Assembly (NCBI GenBank): GCA_013265495.1
Contig: MU061668.1
Location: forward strand, 7,970,055 to 8,034,054
Length of the DNA: 64,000 nucleotides
DNA from: Vicugna vicugna
Lineage: Eukaryota
Direction: 5' to 3'
Numbering within the stretch: the first letter of the stretch is position 1; every line of letters begins with the position of its first letter. The position numbers were made by a program, and so were the translations under genes. This document shows positions 11,074 to 23,470 of the stretch, one piece after another. Below the pieces are notes generated by a model that was not told where the DNA came from, made no database searches, and saw nothing but the letters and a program-made list of their open reading frames with translations.

Positions 11074-12759
11074 ATTCTTAGGTGGTGAGGACTTCACGGT
11101 AGGCAGCAGCCTGGCCCTGGCTTTGCCAGGGATATTCCCATCTCCAGTGAAAGGGGAGAAGGGGTGGCCAGAAGGAGAGAGAAGATTTTCTATTACAACC
11201 TCCCAGCTGACTTCTTCCACCTCTGACCCTGTTCACTAGCTGCCCTTCTCTCCTCCACTTGGGAGTATTTGCAGCCTCTTAGAATCGGCTTCTAAAGACG
11301 TCTCCCCGAAGCCCGCCTCCTCGGGAGGGAGGCCAAGCACCCTCTCAACCTCGACCGGGCTGCCTGTGCGGGGTCAGACTAAGTGGGTCCGCAACGTGGG
11401 CAGGGAACCTGCTCCCCGCAGCTCGAGTTCCCATGAGCTGCCAGCCTCCCATGGAGTGACTCAGCCGGGCACCCCCAGTTCCTAGTCTGCTGGGGCCAGT
11501 GCTCTCCAGGAAGTCCTCAGCAGGGATTCCTGTGGCTTCAGGACTGGACACCGCCAGGAACGGCGCTGGCAAAAAGGACTGAACACTTCCTGGGCCCTCA
11601 CCAAGCACACGAGACATGTGGTTCCTCAGCAACTTGGACATTCAGAGTTAAGAATTCTTCGATGCTACAGATTTTTAGGCTGTTTGACAAGAACTCCTCG
11701 TCCAAAGGACGATGTGGACGGGAAAACCCAGTGAATGCAGGCGCTCTGAGCAGGCTGGGGGGCAGGCGGGGGGTGACTTCTGGCTCTTAATCCTGGTCGG
11801 GTGACGGCTCACAAGGCTCCTGTTAAGCCTTCATGTCTGAGACAGAAACCCAAAAATGCACCAGAGTTTTCTGTGACCGTAAAGTAAGGTGATTAACAGA
11901 AAACTTCAAAACCGGCCCCTGAGAGATTTAAAGACAGAGCACATTCAGACACTTCAGAGAGAAGAAAACAAAGCGAGGGGAGGAAAGGAACGTGTGGCGA
12001 CGGTGAGATCTACAGGCTGTCTCCTCCGAACAGGGACGGCTCTGATGGGTCGCCGTGCACGTGTGCAGACACGTCTGCGTCCGCACGGATGCTGATCAGA
12101 CGAAGCTGAGCTGGGCACCAGCAACACCCGGAGGGAAAGAGCAGCTCCGAGGACTTTTCAGTTCACGTGTCCCGACCCCGGAACCTGCCCTGCGAACGTC
12201 TGCACCGACGACCATCGGATTCCTAGAATCCTTGAGAACAGACCCTGCCCCCGCCTGGCCCCGAGTCAGCACCCCGCCCAGGTCCTCCCATCGCCCACGT
12301 TATGGAGAGGATTCCGGGTCACTCCACCTGGGCTGGTGTCCCGGCTCAGCTTTCGGGCTCTTCCTGGGCCACGTACTTGGCCCTAAGCCTGCCTTCCACC
12401 CGTGAAAGAGGACACCCCTCACCTCGTTGGGGCTCCCGTGTCTCTCTCTCCCCCTTCTTGGTGTTCATTTTCTCTCCTTCCCCTCCGCCTCTAACCACTC
12501 CTCTTCTCTCTTTCAAAGCCCTCTCAAAAGTCACCTCTGCTGTGAAACCGCATCTGTTTCTCCTCACCCCCAGAGTTCTCCCTCACTGGTTCCCCACCTT
12601 GGGTACCTGTCACCATCAAACACAACACTGGACGTGGAAGAGCTTTACGAGCTGCAGACGGAAGAAGGAATACTTCCCCGTCGTCACGTACCCGGTTCGG
12701 ATGACAGTCTCTTAAGTCGTATCTGTTTTGTCTCTTCCGTTAGACTCTTACTATTCAGA

Positions 12760-12895
12760 GCGTGATTCATGAACCAGCACCTTTGGCTTCCCCGGGAAGC
12801 TTGCTGGAAATGCAGACTCTCCAGTTCTGCTGGCGCTGGCTGAATCAGAGCCTGAATTCTAACCAGCTCTGCAGACGACTCACTCTGAGCAGGGC
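12760..12895. mobile_element. MER5A-like hAT-Charlie DNA transposon relic
   Basis: gggaagcttgctggaaatgcagactc...ctgaatcagagcctgaattctaac resembles the MER5A consensus as recalled. Confidence 0.55.
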
Positions 12896-13882
12896 AGGTG
12901 AGACCTAAGGGCCTCCACAGTACAGACGGCGCGGTATCCCCAGAAAGCCCCCCAGAACGCGGGCCATGTGCGTGCTGGCCGGCCTGCATCCGCTGCCAGT
13001 CAGCAGCCCTCCCCTGGCATTTCCTTCCATCAAGAGCTTCAAAGCCACATCTGCATACAAAACACAGAAGGGCTCGTTGAGGATTACATAACCAGGCAGC
13101 GAGGCGAGTCCCAGGCCAAAGGAAGGAGGGCCAGTGACCGTCGTCTTTCTTCGAAGCTAACCGCCCCCTCTCCTCGGTGAGCTGGCATAAATCACAGACC
13201 CCCCAGCTTCCCAGTACACGCCTCCTCACTTCACCAGACGCCCTGGAACGTTTTAATGACGTTCAGAGGCATGGGTATGAAGGACAGCTGGCCCGGGACC
13301 CCCAGAGCACAGGTTCGGTGCCTCCACAAAGCCCCGCCTGTGAGGAGCGCTCTGCAAACCTGCGGCAGCTTCCGCCTTCCCGGGACGGGGCCGTCATGCT
13401 CCCCATCAGCAAGAAGATTACTCTGGGACTCAGATTCCTCCATCATGTGATCCCTCCCTGCTCATCACCAAAGCGTCTCCCAGAAAGGCCAGGCCGAGGC
13501 CAGACAGAACAACCAGGCTGAACTATACCAAGTGATCATTATGCAAGGAGAAAAAACAAGGATCCCTTATCAAAAAAGAGGCCGAGTACGTAGAGGTGGG
13601 AAGGCAGGCTGTGGAGTCAGATGTGGGTTAAAACCCCAGCCCCCGTCAGGAGGCTGTGTGCCCATCTCTCTGAGCCTCCGTGTTCCCTCCTGTCAAGTGG
13701 AGGTGACACCCCCTGAAGACCACTGGTGAGGACACGCGAAGTCCTGGAGCCCAGTGCCTCGTCCGCGACAAGGGATTGGTAGGTATCGGAGGCTCTTTTT
13801 CCCCACGGGCTCCCAGGACCGCGCTCTGAGCTGAGGAGCCAGGCCCCCAGCCGCCACCTGGCCCAGAGCCCCGCCCACTCAC

Positions 13883-14043
13883 CTTGATCATCTCCGCCAC
13901 GTAGCTCTCGGGCCCCGTGTACTCCGTGGAGTCCTTGACTTTGACCAGGACGATGAAGCAGAGGTAGTGCCACATGTTGTGCTCCTCCTTGATGTGCTCT
14001 TCAAAGGTGACAGTCTTGTTGTCAAACTTGTCCCTTTCCAAGC
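13883..14043 (-). CDS. ITPR1: ITPR1 coding exon (last in window, 161 nt): (G)[53 protein letters not shown]; linker domain with the His residues of the zinc site
   Basis: Acceptor cctcag|GC, donor AAG|gtgagt; 2 nt + 53 codons. The expected next exon (ERNLDWFPR) was not found in 1-13882. Confidence 0.97.
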
Positions 14044-14539
14044 CTGAGGAGAGACAGAAAGCCCCAGACCCCAGGTGAGCAGCTGCGGTGCAGAGAAACC
14101 CATGACAGAACTGCCCAGAGGAGGCTGCGGTTTCTCTCCTGTCTTTATAAAGAGAGCGATTCTGTCGGCCTTATAAATACACTCACTTTTGCATCACAGC
14201 AGGAAGATACAGGCTGTGAGTCAGACGGGCTTGGGTTTGAATTCCACCCCTGCCACTTACCAGTCCTTGTTTAGTCTCCATATGCCTGAGTCGCCTTGTG
14301 GGGGGGATGCGAAGCCTACCATCCAGGCTCCAGGAGTGTTTGGGGTTTAGCGAGCATGGCTGTGACACACTCCTGCATGGCAGACGGCCCGTGAGTGTGA
14401 GGTCCCTTCTCCCAGGAAAATGCCAAAATGTCGACATGTTAAAAGGTTTTTGAGGAGACAGAATAAGGACCAAAAGAACTTTACATACATTTTAGACTCT
14501 AGCTGTTAAGTTAATATCTTGCAGAGGTCTGGGTGAGCA

Positions 14540-15960
14540 ATTCTGAAACTAGTGTCTGTGTATTCTTAGATTGAGCAAGTAAATAAATATATGGTGATCC
14601 TGGGAGCCAGATATCTCACTGTCAAATAAGGGAGCACGAAGAGGGAAAGACAGAAAGATAGAATCAACTGTGTAATGTTGAATTGGAATTAGAGAAATCG
14701 GTATGAACTCATCCTTTTTCACAGGTTTATAAAAACAGATACAGAACTGTGTGGAGACAGGTATCCTCCAGATCTGCGCCTAATTAGCCCTGGGAGCAGC
14801 GGTGCACCCCCAGGAGTATGCACACCCAGTGATCAGATCTTGGCTCCTAAATGCCATTCTCCACTAAAAGGAACCAGGGCTCTTTGGAGAAATGGCTGGT
14901 ACCAGGGCTGGGTCAGGGGAGGTGCAAGATGAGCTTGAGCCTAGACTATCTCATGGTGCTGAAAGAGTAAGGAAGTCCGCAGTCAATGATGGTGACATGA
15001 CAGAACACGGAAGCCAGTTTTGAAGGGCTCTCAAATATGGGGCAATTTGAGCATCAAAATAAATTATGACAGTAAAAGATGATAATCCATTGGATTAAGT
15101 AAAAATACATGAATCCACGTTGTAACAAATATAAAAATACAAATATATATGGGGAGAAGAGAAAGTTATTTCTTAAAAAAAACAAGAAAGGTATAAAGAA
15201 TAATAAAGTATGAAAAATATCATTTGGCAACCATCACAATTATACTCTCAGGCAGGATTCATCACTGGACGCAAAAGCTGGTGAGTTAATGTGTAATCTG
15301 AGAAATAATGGGATATTTGCATTGTCTCAAAGTATCTCCCCATGAAGTGGTTCTCAATTACAAAGAGGGGAAAAAAAGTACTTTTGGGGGGAGAACAGGG
15401 CAATTACCACCTTGTAACCAAGTGATCAAAGTTCATATAACCAGTTAAAAGATGAATTGGCAGGAGAATACAACACTTCTTTGATGTTCCTGTAAAAAAA
15501 ATGCCTAAGCTCAGGAAACATCAGACAAACCCAAACCAAGGTACATTCTACAAGATTTCTGACCTGAATTCTTTAAAAGTATCAGTGGACTGAAGTCAAC
15601 ACATGAGCCGGGACTTCCACTTGCTATGAAGGACGTTATTGGGATAAAAGGTGAAATCTGAATAGGGTCTATAGATTAGGCCATAGTACTGCATCCTTGC
15701 TAATTTCCCATTTTGATCATTGTTCTGCCTATATATAAGAGTAGGAAATGTATAGTTCTGAAATAGTTGGGGATGAGGAGGAATCATGCCAGCCACTCTC
15801 AAACTGTTCAGAGAAATAATGTGTGCGTATGAATGAACAAATGAAGTAAAATATTAGTGTGTGGGGAATCTGGGTGAAGAGTACACGGCAATTCTTTGCG
15901 CTATTCTTATAACTTTTCTGTAGGTCTGGAATGCTGTCAAAACAAAAAGTTTTAAATGGT
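14540..15960 (+). mobile_element. L1MC3/4-like LINE-1 3' region
   Basis: Characteristic segments (cagatcttggctcctaaatgccattctcc...aaaggaaccagggc; gaatctgggtgaagagtacacgg...aacttttctgtagg). Confidence 0.75.
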
Positions 15961-16179
15961 TTTAAGGGGGCAAAAAGCAAACATTTTACGTTTTTAAATG
16001 GAAAAATGATCACTTTTGAGTATACAGACCAGTAGGAAATTTATATATTTAGTGACTATATTATGAATAATCCTGAAATGATCACTTAGCTCCCAGACTG
16101 GGTACTCTGCATTTCCATGCGTTTCCTGGTGGTTATACAGAGAATGATTTCTTTGGTTGGTACCCCATGCACCTCTTAC

Positions 16180-16395
16180 GTGGCAGTTCACTGCTTATCA
16201 TCAAGAACCTCCACTGTGCAGGCTCTGTGCTCGGGCTGCATCACCTAGCTCTTCTCAGTCCCACAACAATGTGGAGAAGTACATGTCACTGTACCCATTG
16301 TACAGATGAGAATAAAGGTTCAGAGATGGGAAGGGACTGTACCACAACTACAGGGCTAGCAGGCAGCAGAGCCCAAAACCCAGGTCTGACTCCTG
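16180..16395 (-). mobile_element. MIR SINE
   Basis: cccattgtacagatgagaataaaggttcagaga...cccaggtctgactcc. Confidence 0.65.
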
Positions 16396-16776
16396 ACCCC
16401 CAGCTCTGAACATCTTCACCCTGTGCTCTGAGAGGATTATATTTCCACTTAAAGCTTGATACCGCCTGCAGTAAAGACACCAGAGGCTACAGGCGGATGA
16501 AAGGTCTCCATCCTCGTTACTAAGAATGGGAACAAGAGATGCTCTCGCAGCCCAGCAACCAAAAGACCCCAGCGTAACTCATTTCAAATAACGTACAATG
16601 ACTTTTCTGCTACCCAAAACTTCGTTTCTTAAAATGGACCGGCAGCTCCCATCAGCACTCCAGACACTTGCCAGCAGAGGAGAGGCCCCCTGGACGCCAA
16701 GGGCGGAGGCGCGGGAGGACGGGGAGCCGGGCGCGCGCCCCCTCCCGCCTGCGTCTCGCTGGGCTGTGCCACTCAC

Positions 16777-16942
16777 CGCAGATAAAGCACGTGGTCTTTA
16801 AGATCTCCTCTTTCTTCTGCTTCTCACTCCTCAGGTCGGCAAAGGTGTCAATGATGACCCCGAAAATCAGATTAAGGACGATGATGATAACCATGAAGAA
16901 GAACAAGAGGTCATAGATCACTCGAGCGGCAAAGAGGGGCTC
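16777..16942 (-). CDS. ITPR1: ITPR1 coding exon (166 nt): [55 protein letters not shown]; S6 gate and the Cys pair of the linker zinc site
   Basis: Acceptor ttgcag|GAG, donor GCG|gtgagt; 55 codons + 1 nt. Confidence 0.97.
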
Positions 16943-17506
16943 CTGCAAAAGAGGCGCCTCGGTCAGTCAGGCCCCCCCCAAACCCCCACCCCCACCCTGC
17001 GGACTGCAGAGCTCAGGGCAGGAGGACTCGGACCTGACGCATCCCAGTCTTAAGTCCCAACCCCACGGCCCCCCCAACCCCCACCAGCACCCGATGGTGT
17101 GCTCTGGAACAAGTCAGATTGGGCATCAAACTTTACAAGCCTCAACCGCCTTCTTTCCAGGCCCTCTGTGTGCACAGTGAGTGCTCCAAGTGTCACGTGG
17201 CACGCGCAGGAGCGCAGCTTCCTGGGATCTAAGGGGTTTGGAAACGTGTTAGGTAGGCCAGCCCCAGCCCCAGCCCCCGAAGGCAAGAATCACTTCAGTA
17301 AAAGGAGGGGGCGGGGTGGAGGAAGCTGGCCCTGTCTACACTGCTGGCTTCCTCCCAGCGCTGCAACGCGATGAAACCCAGCAAGGGAAGGGGCCCTGAA
17401 CAGCTGGTTCTGCCTGTGTGTCTGCAGTTTACACTCGGGCCCACTGCGTTGTGCTCTCACCACCCACCCGCCGCCTCCGATCCTCCTTCCCCCAGGGCGC
17501 CGCTAC

Positions 17507-17646
17507 CTCTTTGGATGGCTTCCTGAGCACATCTCCTACTCCGCCCCCGCTCCGCAGCCCGTGACTCAGCACCGTGACGATGCACATCAGCAGCGTCTCG
17601 CACGTGTGCTCTTTATCTTGCTCTGTCTCTTCTGCAGGGACCAGCT
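17507..17646 (-). CDS. ITPR1: ITPR1 coding exon (140 nt): (E)[46 protein letters not shown]; pore helix and GGGVGD selectivity filter
   Basis: Acceptor ttgcag|AG, donor GAG|gtagcg; 2 nt + 46 codons. Confidence 0.97.
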
Positions 17647-18189
17647 CTGCAAACATGGCAAGAAACGGCAGGTTTGTAACATGAGCGAAAAGAGACAGTG
17701 GGCTTTGGAGATGATGATTCCCGAATGCCACCTCACCAGCTGACAGACAGCAGCCAGAAAGAATCAAATTAAGGAATCAAGCATCGAAGGCTTTCTTTTT
17801 CATCATTAAACCCTGCTGACGTCTCAATTAAATCTAAAGTATTTCCTATCCTTTTCAGATTTTAAACTCCATCCCAGATCTGAGCAGGCGTTTGACTTTA
17901 GATAAGCTGCTTAATACTCTGAGAAACGAGCATCTCTTCTCTCAGCTGAGGAAGATGCCACAGGACCCAGGTTCCTCACTGGGGATGTTGTCAGGGCTAA
18001 ACCCAGCAAAGTTTTATAGTTGGTCCTCTGAAGAAATCGCTTTAAATTGGAGGCTGTCCATTCTTACTGGTTTTTGGAGGAAGAACTTGCTGCCCGCCTT
18101 GTTTTTTGTCTCCAGCTGCAGTGAGAATTGTCTTGGTAAAACATCTATCTCATCATAGCACTTCGACCCTTTCAGCAATTTCGACCATT

Positions 18190-18630
18190 CTTTGGGTCAG
18201 CTTTAACCCCCTTAGCCTGACATGTAAGACCTTTCATGATCTGGCCCCTCACTGATCTCTCTGGCTTCACTTCTTCCTACTCTTTTTCCTTATGATCAGT
18301 ACCTCCCTAAACATACTATATTCCACCTCCAAACCTTTAGGCATGCTGTTCCCTCCAACTGGAATACCTACCCTGCCTCCTTCACCCAACATTCTACTGT
18401 TTTCACTTAGCTATCACTTCCTGGGTGATATACTCTTAGTCTGGCATTAGGCTGGGTGCCTGTCTTTGGTATTCTGTCCTTATACCCAGCATTAGCATCC
18501 TCTCTAGTAACCATCTACCTCTTTGCCTGCCTGCCCACCCCCCTCCCCCGCTGAACTATATTATTGTATCTCAGAGCACAACACAGTCCCAGGCAAACAG
18601 TGGGCACTCAGTAAGTACTGGCTGAATCAA
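18190..18630 (+). mobile_element. L2 LINE 3' end
   Basis: Pyrimidine-rich L2 body ending cccaggcaaacagtgggcactcagtaagtactggctgaatcaat. Confidence 0.65.
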
Positions 18631-18805
18631 TTAAGCAGCTATTTTCTCCCCATACAGCCTCCTTTGCCCTTCATCTCCCTCCTCTCTTTCCTCTTTGCTA
18701 CTGGCCTTACTTCTGAGCTTTCATCTGCTTCCAACATCATGTACAGCATCTAAGCCTCTGAGGGAGACTGACACTAACACAGGGCTTAAGGCTGTGAGGT
18801 CCTAC

Positions 18806-18898
18806 CTTCTTTGGGTGCAGGAGAGGAGCAGTTCTCCCCAGTCTCCACCCTGCACACGTCAGAGTACAGGAACTCACTTGCCAAGCTCTCGCTGGCTT
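18806..18898 (-). CDS. ITPR1: ITPR1 coding exon (93 nt): (E)[30 protein letters not shown]; variable luminal loop with two Cys and the NCS sequon
   Basis: Acceptor ctctcag|AA, donor AAG|gtagga; 2 + 90 + 1 nt. Confidence 0.95.
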
Positions 18899-19759
18899 CT
18901 GAGAGAGAGAAGGAAATCTCATGATGAACAATCTGGCAGCATACGGTTAAAATGTTTGAAGTCCCCAATTCACGGCTGATTAAACAATTCTTTACATAAA
19001 TAACACCCTACAATCCTGCATATAAATTCAAGGCGGAGATGCAATTTACACTTTCTTTTGGTGATCTGGATGGGAAAAAAGCCAGAAATGTCAATTCCTG
19101 TAAGCTTACTAGAAATATCGCACTTAAATAGCACCTCTCCAACTTTAAAGATAAACAGCTGAAACTCTTCGGCAAATACGACTCAACATACAGACTCCAG
19201 CAAGATTTATACCAAGTCTGCACGAGAAACATCAGTGGAGACCTGAGGTCCAGACTGCTTTAGGTCAGAACCCTCGGATAGTTGGCAGTAAATACCAGTT
19301 AGTGCCAACTTGGAGGCTGGAGTGATGTGCCAAAAATGCAGCATTTGGGAGGGAGAAAAAGGCTGCCTGGTTTAGTCGCAGTTGTAGTTTGTTCCTTGGA
19401 CTCTGGGCACCTGGCTACCCAGCAGAAGCCCAGTGATATTTCACTTAATAGTGTCAAGTGTCTTAGTTGCGGGAAAAGAACACTTGGGCATAACTCAAGT
19501 ATATGATCATTTTATTTCATTCTCAGAATTGGACACCTCTCCTATTCTTGCTGTAAATAAAAATAAGCTCACTGCAAAACTTGCACATCGTAAAAACGCC
19601 CGAGATAGCCGCTGCTGGCAAGTATATTCTTGAGGGTATAGTCTTCTGTATTTTAAAAGACATATATGAGATTTTCAATGAAAAAAAAAGCTACCCAGAT
19701 CCTACTGTAGTTCCTCTCCTGCGATTTCCCACCATATCTTGTGGGTATTTTTCCAACAA

Positions 19760-20010
19760 GGCTTATAAACACATCCTGTATCTGCAGGGCCCTCCACCCC
19801 GTGGATGGACCATACTCTGATGAAACACTCCCTTATGTTTACATTGCTTCCAATCTCACACTGCAGTGAACGTTCTTCCATATACATCTGTTTCTACAAT
19901 TTTTTTAAAGGATAAAGTTCTAGAAGTAGATATACCACCCCAAAGGGATGCATGTTCCTATGCTTTCCATATACAAGGTCAAACTGTTTTATGAAAATGT
20001 TATGCTACTT
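19760..20010 (-). mobile_element. Old L1 (L1ME-like) fragment
   Basis: cattgcttccaatctcacactgcagtgaac...aggataaagttctagaagtag resembles reverse L1M sequence. Confidence 0.45.
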
Positions 20011-20196
20011 TAAAATATGACTTGAGTGAATCAATTAAATGTAGGCTTTGAATGAAGTGAAAACTAAGCTCTGTATTCAGGTCACACTCTCGGGGTTGGG
20101 GAGATACCTGCATTGCTGAAGTCATCATTTTCAGTTCCCTCGTCATCAGGAAATACTCTTGTAACATTAAAAAAGATCAGAAGGCCCCAAACCCAC

Positions 20197-20392
20197 CTGG
20201 AAGAGCAGTTTCATTGGGCAGCCTGTCCACTTCCAGGATAAAGTCATCCTTGAAGAAAAGGTAGCCCACTATTGAGAACAGGTAAACCAGGATCAAAGCC
20301 AGAACCGCCGTCAAGATGATGGACCGTCCATTGCGAGTGACGCTTTTAATGACGTTAAGCAGAGTCTCTTCTCTGTACACTAAATCAAAAAG
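20197..20392 (-). CDS. ITPR1: ITPR1 coding exon (196 nt): [65 protein letters not shown]; S4-S5 linker, S5, first luminal N-glycosylation sequon (NET)
   Basis: Acceptor tttcaag|CTT, donor CAG|gtgggt; 65 codons + 1 nt. Confidence 0.97.
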
Positions 20393-20407
20393 CTTGAAAC
20401 AAAGAAA

Positions 20408-20542
20408 AAGAATGTGAAAAAGAATATATGTATATGTGTGTGTATATATATTTGTACACATGTATAAACGAACCACCTTGCTGTACACCTGAAACTAACA
20501 CAACATTGTAAATCAACAATACTTCAAAATTAATAAAAAAAA
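20408..20542 (+). mobile_element. 5'-truncated LINE-1 extreme 3' end (about 135 bp) inside the ITPR1 3' splice-site region
   Basis: aaagaatgtgaaaaagaatatatg...ttgctgtacacctgaaactaacacaacattgtaaatcaac..tacttcaa plus poly(A); putative TSD AAAGAAA at 20401-20407 and 20543-20549. Confidence 0.8.
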
Positions 20543-21049
20543 AAAGAAACCAGGACAATTTTGAGAAGCCTCTATATCAGATGGACACCAATATCCCCAT
20601 AATGACAATGTGATTTATAAAGAATTTACCCTTTTGGTAAGTCAAAAGCACTATAATACTATCTTAACATGTCACATAACAGTGAAAACTGAGATGGTAA
20701 AACTGAGGGAAACACAGAAAAGGCAGGAAACAAGCAATTTCAGGTAGCATTCATACAGTCTGGAGGTCCTGGAGACAGAATACAGGCTGTACCAGTGAGT
20801 TGCAGAGAACCAGGGGAAGCAAAGAGATGAGGGTCCTGGCGTGCATTCATTTAGGGAGTATTTACTGAGCTTCTATTAAGGGCCAGCCACTCTGGACACG
20901 GGACTGGATAGGTCCTGGTCCTCGACAGGGCCATGAGCTTGGCGTCTCATGGGCAAGGCCGACAAGCTACGGGCCAGGCCAGGAGCAGGGACTCTGGAGT
21001 TCGACAGAGGCTCAGATCTCAGCACAACTGCTTGCTGCCACCAGGACCG

Positions 21050-21220
21050 CAAGTTAGTATTCCCGGCCCCACCCCCTCCCCCTCGGAGCCTCAGTTTCAT
21101 CATATGCAGACTGCTGGAGAGAAAGTTGCTACAAAGAATAAAACAACAATGTACCTACAGTGCTTAGTATATAGTCATACTTATGTGCTGAGTAAGTACA
21201 CAAGAAATGCTAATCATTAA
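21050..21220 (+). mobile_element. MIR SINE
   Basis: gagcctcagtttcatcatatgca...agtgcttag...gtgctgagtaagtac. Confidence 0.55.
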
Positions 21221-21309
21221 TTTCCAGATGAAGAGACTGGGCCAAGGTCACACAGACAGTACGTGGCAGGGAGAGTGGTGGTGGTAACATATTAGGAAGC
21301 CTAAATATT

Positions 21310-21630
21310 AAAAACACTAATGAACTGATCTACAAAACAGAAACAGACTCGCAGACATAGTAAACAATCTTATGGTTACCGGGGGAAAGGAGGCGGGAAG
21401 GGATAAATGTGGGAGTTGGAGATTTGCAAGTGATAACCACTATATACAAAAATAGATAAAAAACACATTTCTCCTGCACAGCACAGGGAACTACATTCAA
21501 TATTGTGTAATAACCTTTAATGAAAAAGAATATGAAAACGAATGTATGTGTATTTATGGATGACTGGGACATGAGGCCGTACACTAGAAACTGACACATT
21601 GTAACTGACAATACTTCAATTTAAAAAAAA
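21310..21630 (+). mobile_element. Younger (artiodactyl-type) LINE-1 3'UTR fragment
   Basis: aatgaactgatctacaaaacagaaacagactcgcagacatag...agcacagggaactac...tacttcaat plus poly(A). Confidence 0.85.
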
Positions 21631-21959
21631 TTATTTATTTCTCTCCCCATGGTGGGGACAGAGACCCCTGCAGTTCCCATGTTCACAGTCTCAGCCTGCC
21701 CTCTCCCCAGGGGCCTGCTCTTGGCAGGAGTTGCTTCGTGAGAAGTGGAGAACCCCTGTAGGTCCTCAGAGGTCCGGGAGACCAGTGGCTGGTTTTCCCA
21801 GAGCTACAATCTCAGATACCTGGCTGGAGGGATGGTGGAGGGGCCTGAGAGAAGAGCTCTACGGGGTTGTTCTGGATCTGGGGGGGCTAGATGTCTTCTG
21901 TGCCTCTGCGGCGCGGCTCTGGGGAACGGCTGTGCACAGCCAAGTGAGGCAGGGGACAA

Positions 21960-22090
21960 GGGTCTGACTCCAGAACCTGCTGTTCATTTGTTGCCAGATG
22001 TTGATCGGGACACGAAACCTCTCTGGACCTCAGTTTCCTCAACTGTAAAATCAGTGAACTGACCGAGCTAGTCCCAAGTCCTTTCCAATT
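21960..22090 (+). mobile_element. MIR SINE fragment
   Basis: acctctctggacctcagtttcctcaactgtaaaat core. Confidence 0.6.
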
Positions 22091-23309
22091 TAGAATTTTA
22101 CATCTGAGTTCATTTTCTGGCCAATTAGCCCTTTTGCCTTCATAACACCAGTCCATGTTCCAAGACCGGTGTGAAGGGCATCAGGTAAAGGAGGACACTC
22201 AAAAGCAAGCAAGGAAGAAGCACTGAGTTGACAGAGGTCAGAAATGATCTCCTAGTATTTCACTGGAAAAGCCACAGTTCACTTCACCAGTATCTTTTGC
22301 TTTAAATAGTGAAGATGTTTTCAATGATACATCATTAAAAGTAATGCTGTCACCACCACCTCTGTATGTGCCTCTATACATTTCTTTTTGGCAAATTTCC
22401 AGAAATGGAATTGTTGGGTCAACTGCTGTAACAGAAACATACCGTTCCCCTGCCTTCGAGAAAGGCAGCTCCAGTGCACCCTTACCATGGTTAGGACATA
22501 ACGCTAGTGCTGGGCACGATCGTGCTTCTGAACCTCTCCCAGTGTCACAGGTATGGCACTGGATGACACTGGTGTTTCAGTTCGTATGTCACTGCTTGAC
22601 ATTAGGGACAAACACCTCTCTAGGTTTACTGACCATCTGGATTTCTCCTTCTGTTTCCTGCCTGCCAACGAACTTTGCACGTTTTCTTCTCGGGATGTGA
22701 CCAGTTTTCTAAGGACACAACTTGAATTCAGGCCCAGGACTGGGTCTGGCCAGTCTTGGGGGCCCCAGCACTTCAGTCAGGCCACAGTCACCCCCTCTGC
22801 CTCTGTGGCTTGCTGGCGCGGAGCTATCACACGCAGTGAGATGTGGTTTCTCCCTGCTATAGGCCTCTCTCCAGTTCCTTTCCGTCACCGGCTTTCCGCG
22901 TTTGTGGGATTATGTGAACGGTTTCAGGATCTCGTCTGCGGTTCTCAACGGACACATTAAATACTGCTTGTGACACCAAAGGAACATATCGCTTGAGGTC
23001 ACAGAAAGTCAAGGCCCACGTGGCTTAGAAAAGTCCCAGAAGCACATCTGAGAGACGTCCAGCCGCAGTCTCATCTGATTCTGGTAAGTTTTTCTGAAAA
23101 TGCACTGAGCTGAGCTAACATCCCTGGCAGCTCTGAGTCTCTCTTATCTTCCTGTGACAGGTGAGAGGTGTGAAAGCATGAATGCCAACTGCGACGTGAA
23201 ATACTAGTTTCACCGAAGCAGGGACTTTTCCACAGTCTCCAACAACAGGCAGCTCGGGGCTGTGCTCGTGCAGTCAGAGTGGGGCATCCACAGGGCTGTG
23301 TCCCTGTCC

Positions 23310-23470
23310 TGTCCCGGCCACTCACTCGTGATGTGACTTGGGGCAAGTGACCTGACTCACCAAGCCTCGGTCTCGAGGGCGGAAACGTGGACAGATCATC
23401 CCCCTCAAAGGCAGTGGTGGGAGGCCACGGAAAGGCACCTGGCAGACCTTCACAGGGTGACGCTAACTGT
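23310..23470 (+). mobile_element. MIR SINE fragment
   Basis: gtgacttggggcaagtgacctgactcaccaagcctcggt. Confidence 0.5.

Noticed and set aside
12615-12745. Coding-looking, CpG-dense stretch (LDVEELYELQTEEGILPRR on +)
   Set aside because: No recognisable homology, no clear splice sites or processed-pseudogene hallmarks; a BLAST search would settle it.
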